From: Verrucomicrobiales bacterium
Lineage (GTDB): Bacteria; Verrucomicrobiota; Verrucomicrobiia; Limisphaerales; JAYPXF01
Length of the DNA: 64,000 nucleotides
Reading direction: 5' to 3'
NCBI GenBank assembly: GCA_002715965.1
Contig: PBAL01000099.1
Location: 65,749-129,748, forward strand
Shown here: positions 44,977-55,168 of the stretch, piece after piece
How positions within the stretch are numbered: the first letter of the stretch is position 1
How the letters are laid out: the number at the start of each line of letters is the position of its first letter
Made by a program: the position numbers and the translations under genes
The notes under the pieces: generated by a model
Seen by the model: the letters and a program-made list of their open reading frames with translations, nothing else
Databases searched by the model: none
Told to the model about the DNA's origin: nothing

Positions 44977-46794
44977 TTGGTGCAATTCGGCGAATCCAAG
45001 TTAATCGGCGCGTTGAAATCCAGCGTCTTTATCCTCCTGCTGTTTTGCGTGCCGAGTCTCTCGGCTGAGGGACTGGTCGTGGGTGCACCCGAGTTGACGC
45101 TGGTGGAATGGGGCGGTGAGGGCGCATCGGGAATGAACGGGACGCAGTGGTTCGCGGTTCTGTGGTTGAGCGTGATGTTCGGTATTGCGGCTTTGCCGGC
45201 AGTGACGAGAAACCGCGTCCGGCTGGACTGGCTGGCGAAGGATATGCCCTTTCCGAGAATCCCGCGCGAATTCATGGGCGCGCTCTGGACGCCCATCGCG
45301 GTCGTGGTGTGGGGATTGATCTTTCTCTTTTCCGGATTGATGGCGTTGCCGTGGAATGTGTCCGCGGCTGTCGTGGTGGCGTTTGTGCTGGGCGCTTGGT
45401 CGTTGCTGCTCGTCCAACGCCCGCTCGGACAACGGGCAGATGCGGTGGGCGCGGACAATGCAGGAATTGCGTTTGGAGTTTCATTCGCGATCGCCGAGTT
45501 GGGGAACATCGGTCTGATCGTTTTCCTGAGCGTGTTGGTGCCGTTCGAGGCGTCCGCGGTCTGCGTGCTGGTGTTTGCGCTCGGACAGGCGCTGTGCGCG
45601 CGATTGAACCTGGGCGAGGCGGGAACCTACGACCGACTGAAAACACATTCGGTGCATCAAGGTCTTCTGCTTGCCTCAATCGTCTACGTGATCCCGCTGA
45701 TCTTCGACGGCTCGCCGTTGATCGCGGCTGAGTTGTTTTTCGTGATGCTGTTGATGCGCTTGGTTGTGTCGGTCGTGCCCCTGCTTGCCGAACTCACGAC
45801 GGGAAATTCGCATCTTGAAGGCGGAGACGCATCCGTGGTGCGGGATTGGTGCGGAACGGTGATCGCGATTGGACTGGTTGTCCTGGCGGCTTTGGTGGGG
45901 AGACTGGTTTTTCCCGCAGGTGCGTTTTCGATGCATGGCGAAATCTGGTGGGCGCTTGCAGCCGTGATTGGCGCGGGTTCGGTTGCGCGAGTGCTGGGTG
46001 TGGAACTGACCGAAACACTCGCGAGGCACGATCCGCACATGAGCCGGATCGCTGTCGGCAGCATGGGCATCCTGGGAATCTGGTTTGCCGCGGAGATCTG
46101 CGGGTCGGAGCCGTTCCAATTTCTCCTGTCCGGAGTGGCGCATCATCACGAATGGATGTTCGCGTTTGTGCTGTTCGTCTTTGGCTGGACGCTGACGCAG
46201 GGGATGGCAGCGCGGACCGGGGCGTTTCAACCCGCCCTACTGGCCTTCGCCGTCAGTGGAGTATTGGTCTTTGGCGAGGTGTTCACCGAGGCGCAGAAAC
46301 ACTTCAGCCTGATGAACTCGAAGGTCTTCGCGAGTCTGGCCGCAGGTTTTCTCCTGATCGCGTTGATGCGTTGGGCGGATTCCGTGTCTGGCTGCGATCA
46401 ACCGGAGCGCGCGCGATCGCTGACGAAGTACGCGAGTGCCGCGCTGGGGTTGGTGCTGATCCAGATTTGCTTCGCTGTGGCGCTGCCCTTGTTCAGCGTG
46501 TTCGGGGCGTTTGCGGCCTTCGCGGTGGTGGCCTTTGTGGATTCCATGGATCCATCCCCCGCTAGCACGCCCAGCCGACACGGCGCGGCGCTTCAGATTC
46601 TGCTCGGCTGGATCGGTGCGGGGATTTCGATTGAGCTGTTGCGGGTGTTTGGCGGAGCGGAAGGCGGTTGGGTGTTTGGCTTCAATGTCGGAGTGATCGC
46701 GCTCAAGAACATCCTCGGGGTGGTTCTCCTGGTTGGCGGGATGTGCATCGGCTTCATGATCGCTCACCGGTGCCCGGTTTCGGGGGCGAAATAA
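44977..46794 (+). CDS. Hypothetical polytopic membrane protein (about 14 TM helices)
   Basis: 605-aa ORF with continuous hydrophobic helices. It needs a non-ATG (TTG) start at 44977 to include the signal-like N-terminus. The first ATG is at 45133. Confidence 0.65.
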   Translation: MVQFGESKLIGALKSSVFILLLFCVPSLSAEGLVVGAPELTLVEWGGEGASGMNGTQWFAVLWLSVMFGIAALPAVTRNRVRLDWLAKDMPFPRIPREFMGALWTPIAVVVWGLIFLFSGLMALPWNVSAAVVVAFVLGAWSLLLVQRPLGQRADAVGADNAGIAFGVSFAIAELGNIGLIVFLSVLVPFEASAVCVLVFALGQALCARLNLGEAGTYDRLKTHSVHQGLLLASIVYVIPLIFDGSPLIAAELFFVMLLMRLVVSVVPLLAELTTGNSHLEGGDASVVRDWCGTVIAIGLVVLAALVGRLVFPAGAFSMHGEIWWALAAVIGAGSVARVLGVELTETLARHDPHMSRIAVGSMGILGIWFAAEICGSEPFQFLLSGVAHHHEWMFAFVLFVFGWTLTQGMAARTGAFQPALLAFAVSGVLVFGEVFTEAQKHFSLMNSKVFASLAAGFLLIALMRWADSVSGCDQPERARSLTKYASAALGLVLIQICFAVALPLFSVFGAFAAFAVVAFVDSMDPSPASTPSRHGAALQILLGWIGAGISIELLRVFGGAEGGWVFGFNVGVIALKNILGVVLLVGGMCIGFMIAHRCPVSGAK

Positions 46795-46861
46795 GCGCTG
46801 TGGATAGCTTTCTGAGATCCCACTTGGCACTGATTGGCGCATCTGATTCACTCGCCCCCAC

Positions 46862-49048
46862 ATGAATCCCATTCGGCGCGTCATTTACCTGTTGTGTGCA
46901 TGGGTGATCGCGTCAGCGTCAGCGATGGCGCAGGTCGGCCAGGGCGAATGGAAGGTTGATGCGGGTGACAAGGGAGTTGAGTTTGATCCGCGAACCGGGC
47001 GTGTCGTTGCGACCAACGGAGTGGTGATTCAATACAAGAGTCCCGATGGTATGGAAGCTGAACTGAGCGCGAATTCAATCTCGCTGGACCAGAACTCAGG
47101 CGACGTCGAAGCCGAGGGGCGAGTCTTCCTGCGAAGCGGAGCGCAGAGCTGGAAGGGCTCGAAGATTCACTACAATTTCAAGACCAGGAGGATGGACAGC
47201 GGTTCGTTCCGCACGGAACACGCACCGTTTTATGCCGGTGGTCTGAGCCTGAGTGCGGATGTGGATTCGCAGACGATTACTGCGACGAATGCTTTCGTGA
47301 CGGTGGATGACATCGCGGACCCGATTTACGTGATTCGTTGCAAGTCGCTGAAGGTGGTTTCCGGCAAGCGGATCACCGCGACGCATGCGACGGCTTATGT
47401 GGGCAAGGTTCCCGTGTGGTATCTGCCGGTATGGTCGCGGAGTCTGGAGCGCCATCGGAACTACTGGGTCACTGTTCCGGGTTATCGCAGCATCTTCGGG
47501 CCTTACATTCTGACCAAGTATGTGTGGAATCCCACCGACGAACTGGAGACCGCGATCAACATGGATTACCGGCAGCGACGCGGCATCGGCATCGGTCCCG
47601 AGATCAAGCTCAACCTGGGCGAGTGGGGTGAGCTGGGTGCCGGCGGTTATTACGCGCGTGATGACGGTCCGGTGAATACCCAGAACCGAACCATCGATCC
47701 GAACCGGCATCGGCTGAACTTCACCTACAAGCTGGAGATCCGAACGAACACGACGGTAAAAGCCTTGGTGCGCCATCAGAGTGATCCCTTCGTCGTCCGC
47801 GATTTCTTTGAATGGGAATACCGCCAGAACACCCAACCGAGCACCTACCTCGAGTTCGAGCATCTCTGGGACAACTTCAGCCTGAGCGCGCTGGCCATGC
47901 CACGCGTGAACGACTTCTTCGAACGCGTCGAACGCCTGCCCGACGTAAAGCTCACGGCGCTGCGGCAGAAGCTTGGAAACACGCCCTTCTTCTACGAGGG
48001 CGAAAGTGGAGCGGGCTATTTCAAACACGAGTTTCGCGACAACAACCGGCCGTCGTTTGCGGCCCGACGCGTGGACACCTATCATCAGGTCCTGCTGCCG
48101 AAGACCTACTTCAATTGGCTGAACGTCACACCGCGCGTTGGCGGGCGCTTCACTTCCTACGGCGAGAGTGAAGGTGGCTTCGTGGGCGACGAGGCAAGTC
48201 GTTATGTGTTCAACACCGGGGCAGAGTTCTCGACCAAGCTCTCACGCACCTGGGAGGACAAGAAGCTGTCGCTCTTCAATTCCGAAGGCATGCGCCACAT
48301 CATCGAGCCCTCGGTGAACTACGTTTACGTTCCCTCGCCGAACAAGACACCGGGTGAACTTCCGCAGTTCGACAGCATCATCCCAACCTTGCGGCTCCTG
48401 CCGATCGATTATCCGGAATTCAATTCGATTGATTCGGTCGATAGCCAGAACACCGTGCGCCTTGGCTTGCGCAACCAGATCCAGACCAAGCGCGAAGGTC
48501 GCGTGGATACCCTGTTGAACTGGCAGCTGTTTACCGACTGGAATATCAAGCAGCGCCCGGATCAGGACACCTATTCCGATGTCTTCTCCGATCTCGATTT
48601 CAAACCGCGCGAGTGGTTGGTCTTCAACTCGGAGAACCGCTACAACCTGAACAGCGGAACCTTCCGCATCGCGGACCATCGCGTGACCTTCACGAGGAGC
48701 GATCGTTGGTCAATCGGCGTGGGGCATCGCTATGTGCGCCGCGATGCCGCCGTTGATCCGTTCGGACAGAATCTGATCCTCGCCAACTTCTACTATCGCC
48801 TGAACGAGAACTGGGGCTTCAACGTGCGGGAGCAGTTTGAGTCGCGCGACGGCACGATGGAGGAACAGAACTACACGATCTACCGCGACTTCCGCAGCTG
48901 GGTCGGATCGCTGACCATGCGCCTGCGCAACAACCGCCAGCAGGCCGATGATTTCACGATCGCCTTTGCGCTCTCGATGAAGGCCCTCCCCCGCTTCGAT
49001 CTCGGCACGGACGCGAACGAGCCGACTTACCTGATCAACAATCGTTGA
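46862..49048 (+). CDS. lptD: LPS-assembly outer-membrane protein LptD-like (OstA N-terminal domain + beta-barrel)
   Basis: Signal peptide present. An OstA-like beta-jellyroll segment is followed by ATHATAYVGKVPVWYLPVWSRSL...YWVTVPGYRSIFGPY and a long beta-rich C-terminal region. Confidence 0.75.
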   Translation: MNPIRRVIYLLCAWVIASASAMAQVGQGEWKVDAGDKGVEFDPRTGRVVATNGVVIQYKSPDGMEAELSANSISLDQNSGDVEAEGRVFLRSGAQSWKGSKIHYNFKTRRMDSGSFRTEHAPFYAGGLSLSADVDSQTITATNAFVTVDDIADPIYVIRCKSLKVVSGKRITATHATAYVGKVPVWYLPVWSRSLERHRNYWVTVPGYRSIFGPYILTKYVWNPTDELETAINMDYRQRRGIGIGPEIKLNLGEWGELGAGGYYARDDGPVNTQNRTIDPNRHRLNFTYKLEIRTNTTVKALVRHQSDPFVVRDFFEWEYRQNTQPSTYLEFEHLWDNFSLSALAMPRVNDFFERVERLPDVKLTALRQKLGNTPFFYEGESGAGYFKHEFRDNNRPSFAARRVDTYHQVLLPKTYFNWLNVTPRVGGRFTSYGESEGGFVGDEASRYVFNTGAEFSTKLSRTWEDKKLSLFNSEGMRHIIEPSVNYVYVPSPNKTPGELPQFDSIIPTLRLLPIDYPEFNSIDSVDSQNTVRLGLRNQIQTKREGRVDTLLNWQLFTDWNIKQRPDQDTYSDVFSDLDFKPREWLVFNSENRYNLNSGTFRIADHRVTFTRSDRWSIGVGHRYVRRDAAVDPFGQNLILANFYYRLNENWGFNVREQFESRDGTMEEQNYTIYRDFRSWVGSLTMRLRNNRQQADDFTIAFALSMKALPRFDLGTDANEPTYLINNR

Positions 49049-49169
49049 TCGGGATTGGCGAACACCAATTCATATGGGTGTCGCGTCAGGGGACTGCCGA
49101 AGTCCAAGACGCTGACGCGCTCGCGCTGCCCGACGAATCGGTGGCAGCGGATTTGTGGGTAAATGGACA

Positions 49170-49220
49170 GCCCAGCGGGAGAGAAGGGCAGGGGAGAACG
49201 CTTCGAAAACCGTTTGATCC
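49170..49220 (+). repeat. Copy D (short type) of the dispersed intergenic repeat family
   Basis: gcccagcgggagagaagggcaggggagaacgcttcgaaaaccgtttgatcc. It shares cccagcgggagag with copy B and the 3' part with copy C2. It lies downstream of the lptD stop. Confidence 0.65.
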
Positions 49221-49346
49221 GATTTTTGTCAAACTCGCGGTTGCTGTTAGACCTCAGCGGTTTCCAATTTTTTTGAGCACGCACTTGGATCTCCTGCCGA
49301 TCCCTCTAGAGTTGTGCATTCCGAATTCGCTGGTCAGTATTCGCCC

Positions 49347-50417
49347 ATGATTTCCTCTCCCGCTTCCCGTCGTTCATTCCTGAAGCACACTGGAATCTTC
49401 GCCTTGCTCGCAGCCGCGCCAAACCTCCTGCTGGCCAGGAAAGCTGTAAGCAAGAGCGTGGTGGTTGGTGCGGGCAAGTTTCGCTACGAGTGCGATCATG
49501 AATGGGCGAAGCTTCCTTCCGGCCATCAATACGGGGGTGCTTCACATGGAACAGCGATTGATTCGCAAGGGATGATCTACATCACCCACCATGGATCGCC
49601 GGGATCGATTTTTGTGTTCGATGAGAAAGGCAAACTCGTTCGTTCACTTGGTGAGAAGTTCATGATCAAGGGCCGCGCCTACGGACACGGAATCGACATC
49701 CGTAAGGAAGGCAGCGAAGAGTTCATGTATCTCTCGCCGAATGATTCGACCGGGATGGGCTTCGCGAAGATGAGTCTCAAGGGCGAACTCGTGTGGCAGA
49801 AGGACCGCAAGGTGATCGCGAAGGATTCAGGCCTTTACGAAGGCAAGAAGGCGCGCTTCCGGGCCACGAACGTGAACTTTCTTCCCAATGGCGGCTACTG
49901 CCTGGGAGATGGTTACGGAAGTGGTTACATGCATCTCTACGACAAGAACGACAAATACGTGAGCAGCTTTGGTGGAGGTGGAACTGCGAATGGAAAGTTC
50001 AAGACCCCGCACGGGCAATGGCTCGACCAGCGCGACGGCAAAGCGAAGATCGTGGTTTGTGATCGCGCCAATGCGCGCCTGCAATGGTTCAGCCTGGATG
50101 GCAGCCACATCCGCACTCAGGACGGCCTGCTTTTTCCGGCGGATATCGACATCCAGGGCGATCTGATGCTCGTGCCGGATCTGCATGCGCGGATTACAAT
50201 CTTCGACAAGAACAACAAGGCCGTTGCCCAACTTGGCGACGTCGAAGGCTGGCGCGAAAAAGTCCTCGGCACCCGCGGCTTTCGCAACAAACCCGATCAA
50301 TGGCGGCCGGGAAGGTTTATTCATCCGCACGATGCCTGCTTCGACAAAGACGGAAACATCTTCGTGGCGGAGTGGGTGGCCGGAGGCCGCGTGACCAAGC
50401 TGAGGAAGTTGAGTTGA
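49347..50417 (+). CDS. Tat-exported NHL-type six-bladed beta-propeller protein
   Basis: Start set at ATG 49347 ([25 protein letters not shown]). Propeller-like repeats are visible ([47 protein letters not shown]). Confidence 0.8.
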   Translation: MISSPASRRSFLKHTGIFALLAAAPNLLLARKAVSKSVVVGAGKFRYECDHEWAKLPSGHQYGGASHGTAIDSQGMIYITHHGSPGSIFVFDEKGKLVRSLGEKFMIKGRAYGHGIDIRKEGSEEFMYLSPNDSTGMGFAKMSLKGELVWQKDRKVIAKDSGLYEGKKARFRATNVNFLPNGGYCLGDGYGSGYMHLYDKNDKYVSSFGGGGTANGKFKTPHGQWLDQRDGKAKIVVCDRANARLQWFSLDGSHIRTQDGLLFPADIDIQGDLMLVPDLHARITIFDKNNKAVAQLGDVEGWREKVLGTRGFRNKPDQWRPGRFIHPHDACFDKDGNIFVAEWVAGGRVTKLRKLS

Positions 50418-50424
50418 AGACGCG

Positions 50425-50919
50425 ATGAAACGAGCGGTTTACGCAGGCAGTTTCGATCCTCTCACCAACGGTCACGTCTGGATGATCGAGGAGGGGGCGA
50501 AGTTGTTCGACGAGTTGATCGTCGCGATCGGCATCAATCCGGACAAGCAATATACCTTCAACCTGGACGACCGGCTGACCTTCCTGCAGGACGCTGTCGG
50601 CGGGCGTCCGCATGTGAAGATCGACAGCTTTGAGAATCAATTTCTGGTTCATTACGCAGCGCAACTGGACGCCGGCTTCATCCTGCGCGGAATCCGCACA
50701 GAGACGGACTACGATTACGAACGCGGCATGCGGCACATCAACAGCGACCTGCGGCCCGAGGTGACTTCCGTGTTCCTCATCCCGCCCCGCGAAATTGCCG
50801 AAGTCAGTTCGAGTTTCGTGAAGGGCCTGATCGGGCCGGATGGCTGGGAGGAGATCGTCAAACAGTATGTTCCGGAGGGGGTTTATCGCGCGCTGGAAAA
50901 GCAGTTTGCCAATGATTGA
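50425..50919 (+). CDS. coaD: Phosphopantetheine adenylyltransferase
   Basis: [18 protein letters not shown]...ILRGIR...SSSFVK are canonical CoaD motifs. Confidence 0.95.
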   Translation: MKRAVYAGSFDPLTNGHVWMIEEGAKLFDELIVAIGINPDKQYTFNLDDRLTFLQDAVGGRPHVKIDSFENQFLVHYAAQLDAGFILRGIRTETDYDYERGMRHINSDLRPEVTSVFLIPPREIAEVSSSFVKGLIGPDGWEEIVKQYVPEGVYRALEKQFAND

Positions 50920-51547
50920 CCTGCCATCTCGCTGGAAGGAAACCTGCACGGGTCTGCCTGATTCCCTGGTGAGTGAGGCGTTCGAACGACTGCGGGGGCT
51001 CTACGATCAACCACCCCGCGCCTATCACAATTTATCCCACATCGCTGCCTGCCTCGCGGAATTCGATCACGTTCGCGGCAAGGTGAACGATCCGACGCCA
51101 ATCGAACTGGCGATCTGGTATCACGACTGCGTTTACGATTTCCAAGCCAAAGGCAATGAGGAACGCAGCGCGGAGAAAGCGCGGAAGGAGTTGGAGCCAT
51201 TGGGTTTCGATTCGGCCACCATCGAGGAAGCCGTGAAACTGATCTTGAAGACGCGGCACGGCATCGATCTTCCCGAGACGCCCGACGAGAAGACCATGGT
51301 CGATATCGATCTTTCGATCCTCGGCAAATCGCCGGAGGTGTTCGACCGCTTCGAGCGGCAGATCCGGGAAGAGTATTCGTGGGTTCTCGACGCACAGTTT
51401 GCGGCTGGGCGCGCAGCCGTACTGAAGACGTTTCTGGATCGCGAGCGGGTTTACGAAACCGAGTTCTTTCACGACCGCTACGAAGCGCACGCCCGGGAGA
51501 ACCTCAAGCGCTCCATCGCAAGCCTGACTGCCAAGACCTCCGAATAG
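50912..51547 (+). CDS. HD-superfamily predicted phosphohydrolase (COG4339-like)
   Basis: ATG 50912 overlaps the coaD stop. [14 protein letters not shown]...[11 protein letters not shown]...NEERSAE...LILKTRH follows the family pattern. Confidence 0.75.
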   Translation: MIDLPSRWKETCTGLPDSLVSEAFERLRGLYDQPPRAYHNLSHIAACLAEFDHVRGKVNDPTPIELAIWYHDCVYDFQAKGNEERSAEKARKELEPLGFDSATIEEAVKLILKTRHGIDLPETPDEKTMVDIDLSILGKSPEVFDRFERQIREEYSWVLDAQFAAGRAAVLKTFLDRERVYETEFFHDRYEAHARENLKRSIASLTAKTSE

Positions 51548-51560
51548 CCGGGAGATTTAC

Positions 51561-52343
51561 GTGGCCGACATTTCGCAGCACAACGTCGAGATTGCCGAGA
51601 ATCTGGAGTCATGGAATCGGAAGCCCCTGTTGCGCCGCATCTACGAGGATTTCTACGAACGCATCGCCGCGCAGATCGATCCGCAAATCGAAGGCCACAT
51701 TCTCGAACTGGGATCCGGCGTGGGAAATCTCAAGACCGCCTTTCCCGACGCTATCGCGTCTGATCTTTTTCCAAATCCCTGGCTCGATCTGATCTGCGAT
51801 GGCTACGAGCTCCCCTTCGACGACGGCGCCTTGTCGCATCTGATTCTCTTTGACGTGTTCCATCACCTGGAGGCTCCGGCAGCCTTCCTGCGGGAAGCGA
51901 AACGTGCGCTCGCACCGGGTGGCAGAGTGATTGTGTTTGATCCATACGTCAGCCTCTCGACGCATTGGATCTACGGTTGGCTGCATCACGAACCCTCGGG
52001 CTGGCGGGAGAACATCAACTCCGCAACAGACTTCCCGCCTCCGCGGGACTACTACGCCGCCCAGGGAAACGCGACGCGGATCTTTTTCTTCGGCGAGGCT
52101 CTGCAGGACGAACTGGGAGATTGGAACATGCTACGTGCCGAACGGTTTGCCGCGTTCAGTTACATATTCTCCGGCGGCTTCAGCAGACCGGCCTGTTATC
52201 CGCCGTCGATGTATCCGTTGTTCAAGGCAATGGACGGTCTGCTCTCGAAATGTCCAACTCTGTTCGGGGGAAGATGCCTGGTGACCTTGGAGAAGGTGTC
52301 CAACTGTCAGGATTCTCAATCGTTGTCCAAGTCCTTGTCTTAA
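51561..52343 (+). CDS. Class I SAM-dependent methyltransferase
   Basis: GTG start. ILELGSGVGN (motif I) is followed by DGALSHLILFDVFHHL and APGGRVIVFDP. Confidence 0.8.
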   Translation: MADISQHNVEIAENLESWNRKPLLRRIYEDFYERIAAQIDPQIEGHILELGSGVGNLKTAFPDAIASDLFPNPWLDLICDGYELPFDDGALSHLILFDVFHHLEAPAAFLREAKRALAPGGRVIVFDPYVSLSTHWIYGWLHHEPSGWRENINSATDFPPPRDYYAAQGNATRIFFFGEALQDELGDWNMLRAERFAAFSYIFSGGFSRPACYPPSMYPLFKAMDGLLSKCPTLFGGRCLVTLEKVSNCQDSQSLSKSLS

Positions 52344-52489
52344 TCTCACCAAAATCTTCACACTGCTAACGCACGTCACGAGCATCCGTCTGAGATTGAG
52401 ACAACGATTGAGATATCAGGCGCACTACGGGCTGGGCATCCTCCCGTCGATTCTGTTCAATCGCGCCCCGAGTCCTTGGAGGACGACGC

Positions 52490-53382
52490 ATGATCAAAGT
52501 TCCGGTCTTCATGTGGGAGAACCACGACGGCTAGATCACCGCTGCGGTGGTGACGGAGCCGAAACACGCGGCTGTTTCAAGCAGCGCCCAAGAGGCGTTG
52601 AAGCAGTTGAAGGAACTCCTTGCGCACATGTGGGACGAATCTCCCTGGCTGATTGAAACGGAGTTCAAGAATTCGGAGACAACCCGTTTCGAGGTCAGCG
52701 TTCGCCCGGAGTACAACGAGGAAGGCAGGTCCTATCCCGTGAACCAGCTGATCAAACTGAAGATTCCGTGTGTGTGTGGAAAGGACTCCGCGGGCATGCT
52801 GCTCGCTTCGTTGCCCACTCTGGACCTTCGCTTCAGTTACAACGACGAAGCCGATCTCAAGTCGCTGGCGGTTCACTACGTGCAGCAAACTCTGCGCTCG
52901 CATACACCGGCCGAGGTCGCGCTTCATCTCCCGCCGAGCAAGTTCTGGCTGGAGGAACTCTCGATGAGCCAGCCGAGCAAGTATTACACGCGCAACGATC
53001 GCTTCCAGCCCTATCAGGCCTTTCCGGGTCAGGCGATTCCGTTCGTTCGCAATCTCGTCGATGGCGCGCTTCGCAAGGAAACCCGGTGCGTGACCGCCGA
53101 CCAGGTGCTCGAACACTTCGGCCGGTTCAGCGGACTGCCTGAGATCTTCCTCCGCGACGAACTTCCGCTCTCTTACGGTGACGTCTGCAAACATCTGCGC
53201 TCCAAAATCATCGGCCAGGATCGCGCCTGCGATACGACCGACGTTTCGGGGCCCGACCGCTCCAACGCGCCATCGAAAAACACATCACCACGAAGTTCTC
53301 CAGAATGATCCTTGAGCTGGGCGGTGAGAAACTCGAACTCACCGCGGACTTGGGCGAGAACAACGAGTTGTCGATTCAGTGA
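52490..53382 (+). pseudogene. Relic of a Clp/Hsp100-type AAA+ ATPase gene with the ATPase core deleted
   Basis: ATG 52490 is followed by an in-frame TAG at 52532-52534. A 253-aa ORF from GTG 52547 ends with the AAA+ entry motif LRSKIIGQDRA. About 10 codons later a different frame reads RPTFGARPLQRAIEKHITTKFSRMILELGGEKLELTADLGENNELSIQ-stop, which is the sensor-2 and C-terminus of Clp ATPases. Walker A and Walker B are absent. Confidence 0.55.
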
Positions 53383-53394
53383 GTGGGTCCCGAT

Positions 53395-54324
53395 CTATCG
53401 TGAAAGATGGAGCAGTGATTGAGCAGCTCGATAGCGGGCGTCGGCGTGCGGGTCGTCGAGCATGGCCTTCAGTTTTTCGGCGACCGAAACAGCCCGGGCA
53501 TCGCCGGCAAAGGTTGCTGCGTAGGTTCGGATGGCCGGATTCGTGGAACTGAGGTTTTGTTTGAGGGCGGCCAGTCCACCGGGATCACCGAGTGAGGCGA
53601 GAGAATGATCGATGAAGCAGTTTCGAACTTCGTCTTGCGAGTAACCGCGCCGGGATTGTAGCAGCGGAACGTCCTGCCGATTCCCGATCCGCCCGAGTAC
53701 CCATGCGGCAATGTAGACCGCCGTTTCGTTTTCAGATGCCATGCTCTCGCGAAGATAGGCCATGGCCGCGTCATCGCCCTGGCGTCCAAGTGCGGCCGCG
53801 GCCATGAGTTTGAGTTTGAAGTTCTCGCCGGCATTGTCGAAACGCCTCTTCATCAATACGCCGTCGCCGATTTGGTTGGCCTTGTAAAGACTCTCGGCTG
53901 CGTGGATGTGTCCGTAGGGATTATCCCGGGCCAGAATGCCAAGCATCACGCGGGCTTTGGAAATATCGCCGGCCCGTACCAGTTCGCGAGAGATGCCACA
54001 GAGTTTCTGGTCGTCTGTTTCGGTCGCGAGTTTTGGTTCGAGGTGGGCAATGACTTCATCTCCATGACCGCCAAGCGCCAGACCCTCGGCCGCGTGAATG
54101 GCCGGCCAGAACTCTTCGCTCCGCAAGCCTTCCCGCAAGACAGCGAGACAACGATTACGCGTCAATCGATCGAGCTCGAGGCTGGTTGGTTTCCGGGGGG
54201 CGGCTGTTTCGGGCGTGGTGGTGCATGCGCCGAAGGCCAGGGCGAGGCAAAGAGATGTGCCGAGGAGAATGGATCGGGTAGTCACTGTGGGTTCTGTTGT
54301 CCAACAAGTTGTCGGCGACGGCAA
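53395..54324 (-). CDS. HEAT-repeat lipoprotein
   Basis: Lipobox-like LALAFGAC. Repeated HEAT-like units are visible (AIHAAEGLALGG, AAAALGRQGD, AAWVLGRIGN, ATFAGDARA, RYRAAQSL). The start may be GTG 54285. Confidence 0.7.
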   Translation of the reverse strand: MPSPTTCWTTEPTVTTRSILLGTSLCLALAFGACTTTPETAAPRKPTSLELDRLTRNRCLAVLREGLRSEEFWPAIHAAEGLALGGHGDEVIAHLEPKLATETDDQKLCGISRELVRAGDISKARVMLGILARDNPYGHIHAAESLYKANQIGDGVLMKRRFDNAGENFKLKLMAAAALGRQGDDAAMAYLRESMASENETAVYIAAWVLGRIGNRQDVPLLQSRRGYSQDEVRNCFIDHSLASLGDPGGLAALKQNLSSTNPAIRTYAATFAGDARAVSVAEKLKAMLDDPHADARYRAAQSLLHLSR

Positions 54325-54342
54325 GTCATTCGAGTGTTGAAG

Positions 54343-54810
54343 ATGAAACGCGTCACTGGATTCGAAAACGAATCACGTGTTGCTTGGGCCAGCGAAGATG
54401 AGAGCTGGCAGCGCTCCAAGCCTTTCCATGACGCGCTCCGTAGCATACACATGAGCGGCCTGTCTCCGAGCGACCAATCCAAGCCGATTTGGTCGGAAAT
54501 ATACTTCTTCAACTCAGGAAAGAATCTCCTGGTCAGCCTGGTCACTCACTCCGCATCAACACTGCTTGCCCTTGGGCGGGTGAATGATCTTCCCTTCGAT
54601 CCGTTCCGTCTGCTGCTGGCAGGCGCGCAGGTGTTGCCGATCGGCATGGTGCTGGGAGTGGTCTTTGCGGCCGGCGGTTATTTCTATGCGGACTCATGCT
54701 TCACGAGCACCTACTCGGCGTGGGGACAGTTGATGAAGATTGAGATTCGCGACTTCTTCCGGACCCTGGAGCTTTTTCTTGCCGATGCCCTCTCCGGGCG
54801 TGTCAGTTGA
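54343..54810 (+). CDS. Hypothetical small membrane protein
   Basis: This is the only part of ORF 53872-54810 that is not antisense to the HEAT gene. It begins at ATG 54343 and has one or two hydrophobic helices. Support is weak. Confidence 0.3.
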   Translation: MKRVTGFENESRVAWASEDESWQRSKPFHDALRSIHMSGLSPSDQSKPIWSEIYFFNSGKNLLVSLVTHSASTLLALGRVNDLPFDPFRLLLAGAQVLPIGMVLGVVFAAGGYFYADSCFTSTYSAWGQLMKIEIRDFFRTLELFLADALSGRVS

Positions 54811-54820
54811 TGCCGGGTGA

Positions 54821-55168
54821 TCAGCCCTCTCGCACGTCAACGGTGGCGCGACGGAACAATTCGACTTCATCCGGGAGGGACCCGACGAGGGACTCGACGG
54901 CCTTTTCATCTGTGTTGTCGGCGGTTTCTTCCAATTCGATGGCGAGCTTGCGGATGCGGATGGCGCTGACGTCGCCCGCGAGGCCTTTGAGTTTGTGGCC
55001 AAAGGCGGCGAGTTTCTCGTAGTCCTTGTCCGCGCAGAGCTGGTCCGCAATCTCCAACTGGCCGGGGATGGCTTCGAAGAAGATGTCGATGACCTGGCGC
55101 AGCAGGCCGAGGTTGCCATCGGTGGTCTTTGACCCCGTCAACCAGATTCCAGCGCGTCGTTTCTCCAT
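54821..55168 (-). CDS. Hpt (histidine phosphotransfer) domain protein
   Basis: 115 aa with the Hpt signature AFGHKLKGLAGDVSA in a four-helix-type context. Confidence 0.8.
   Translation of the reverse strand: MEKRRAGIWLTGSKTTDGNLGLLRQVIDIFFEAIPGQLEIADQLCADKDYEKLAAFGHKLKGLAGDVSAIRIRKLAIELEETADNTDEKAVESLVGSLPDEVELFRRATVDVREG

Noticed and set aside
47096-48085. 329-aa minus-strand ORF
   Set aside because: It lies entirely within, and antisense to, the LptD-like gene. It has no recognisable domain.
53872-54342. 5' two-thirds of the 312-aa plus-strand ORF 53872-54810
   Set aside because: This part is antisense to the HEAT-repeat gene. I kept only the non-overlapping 3' part (54343-54810), as a low-confidence CDS.
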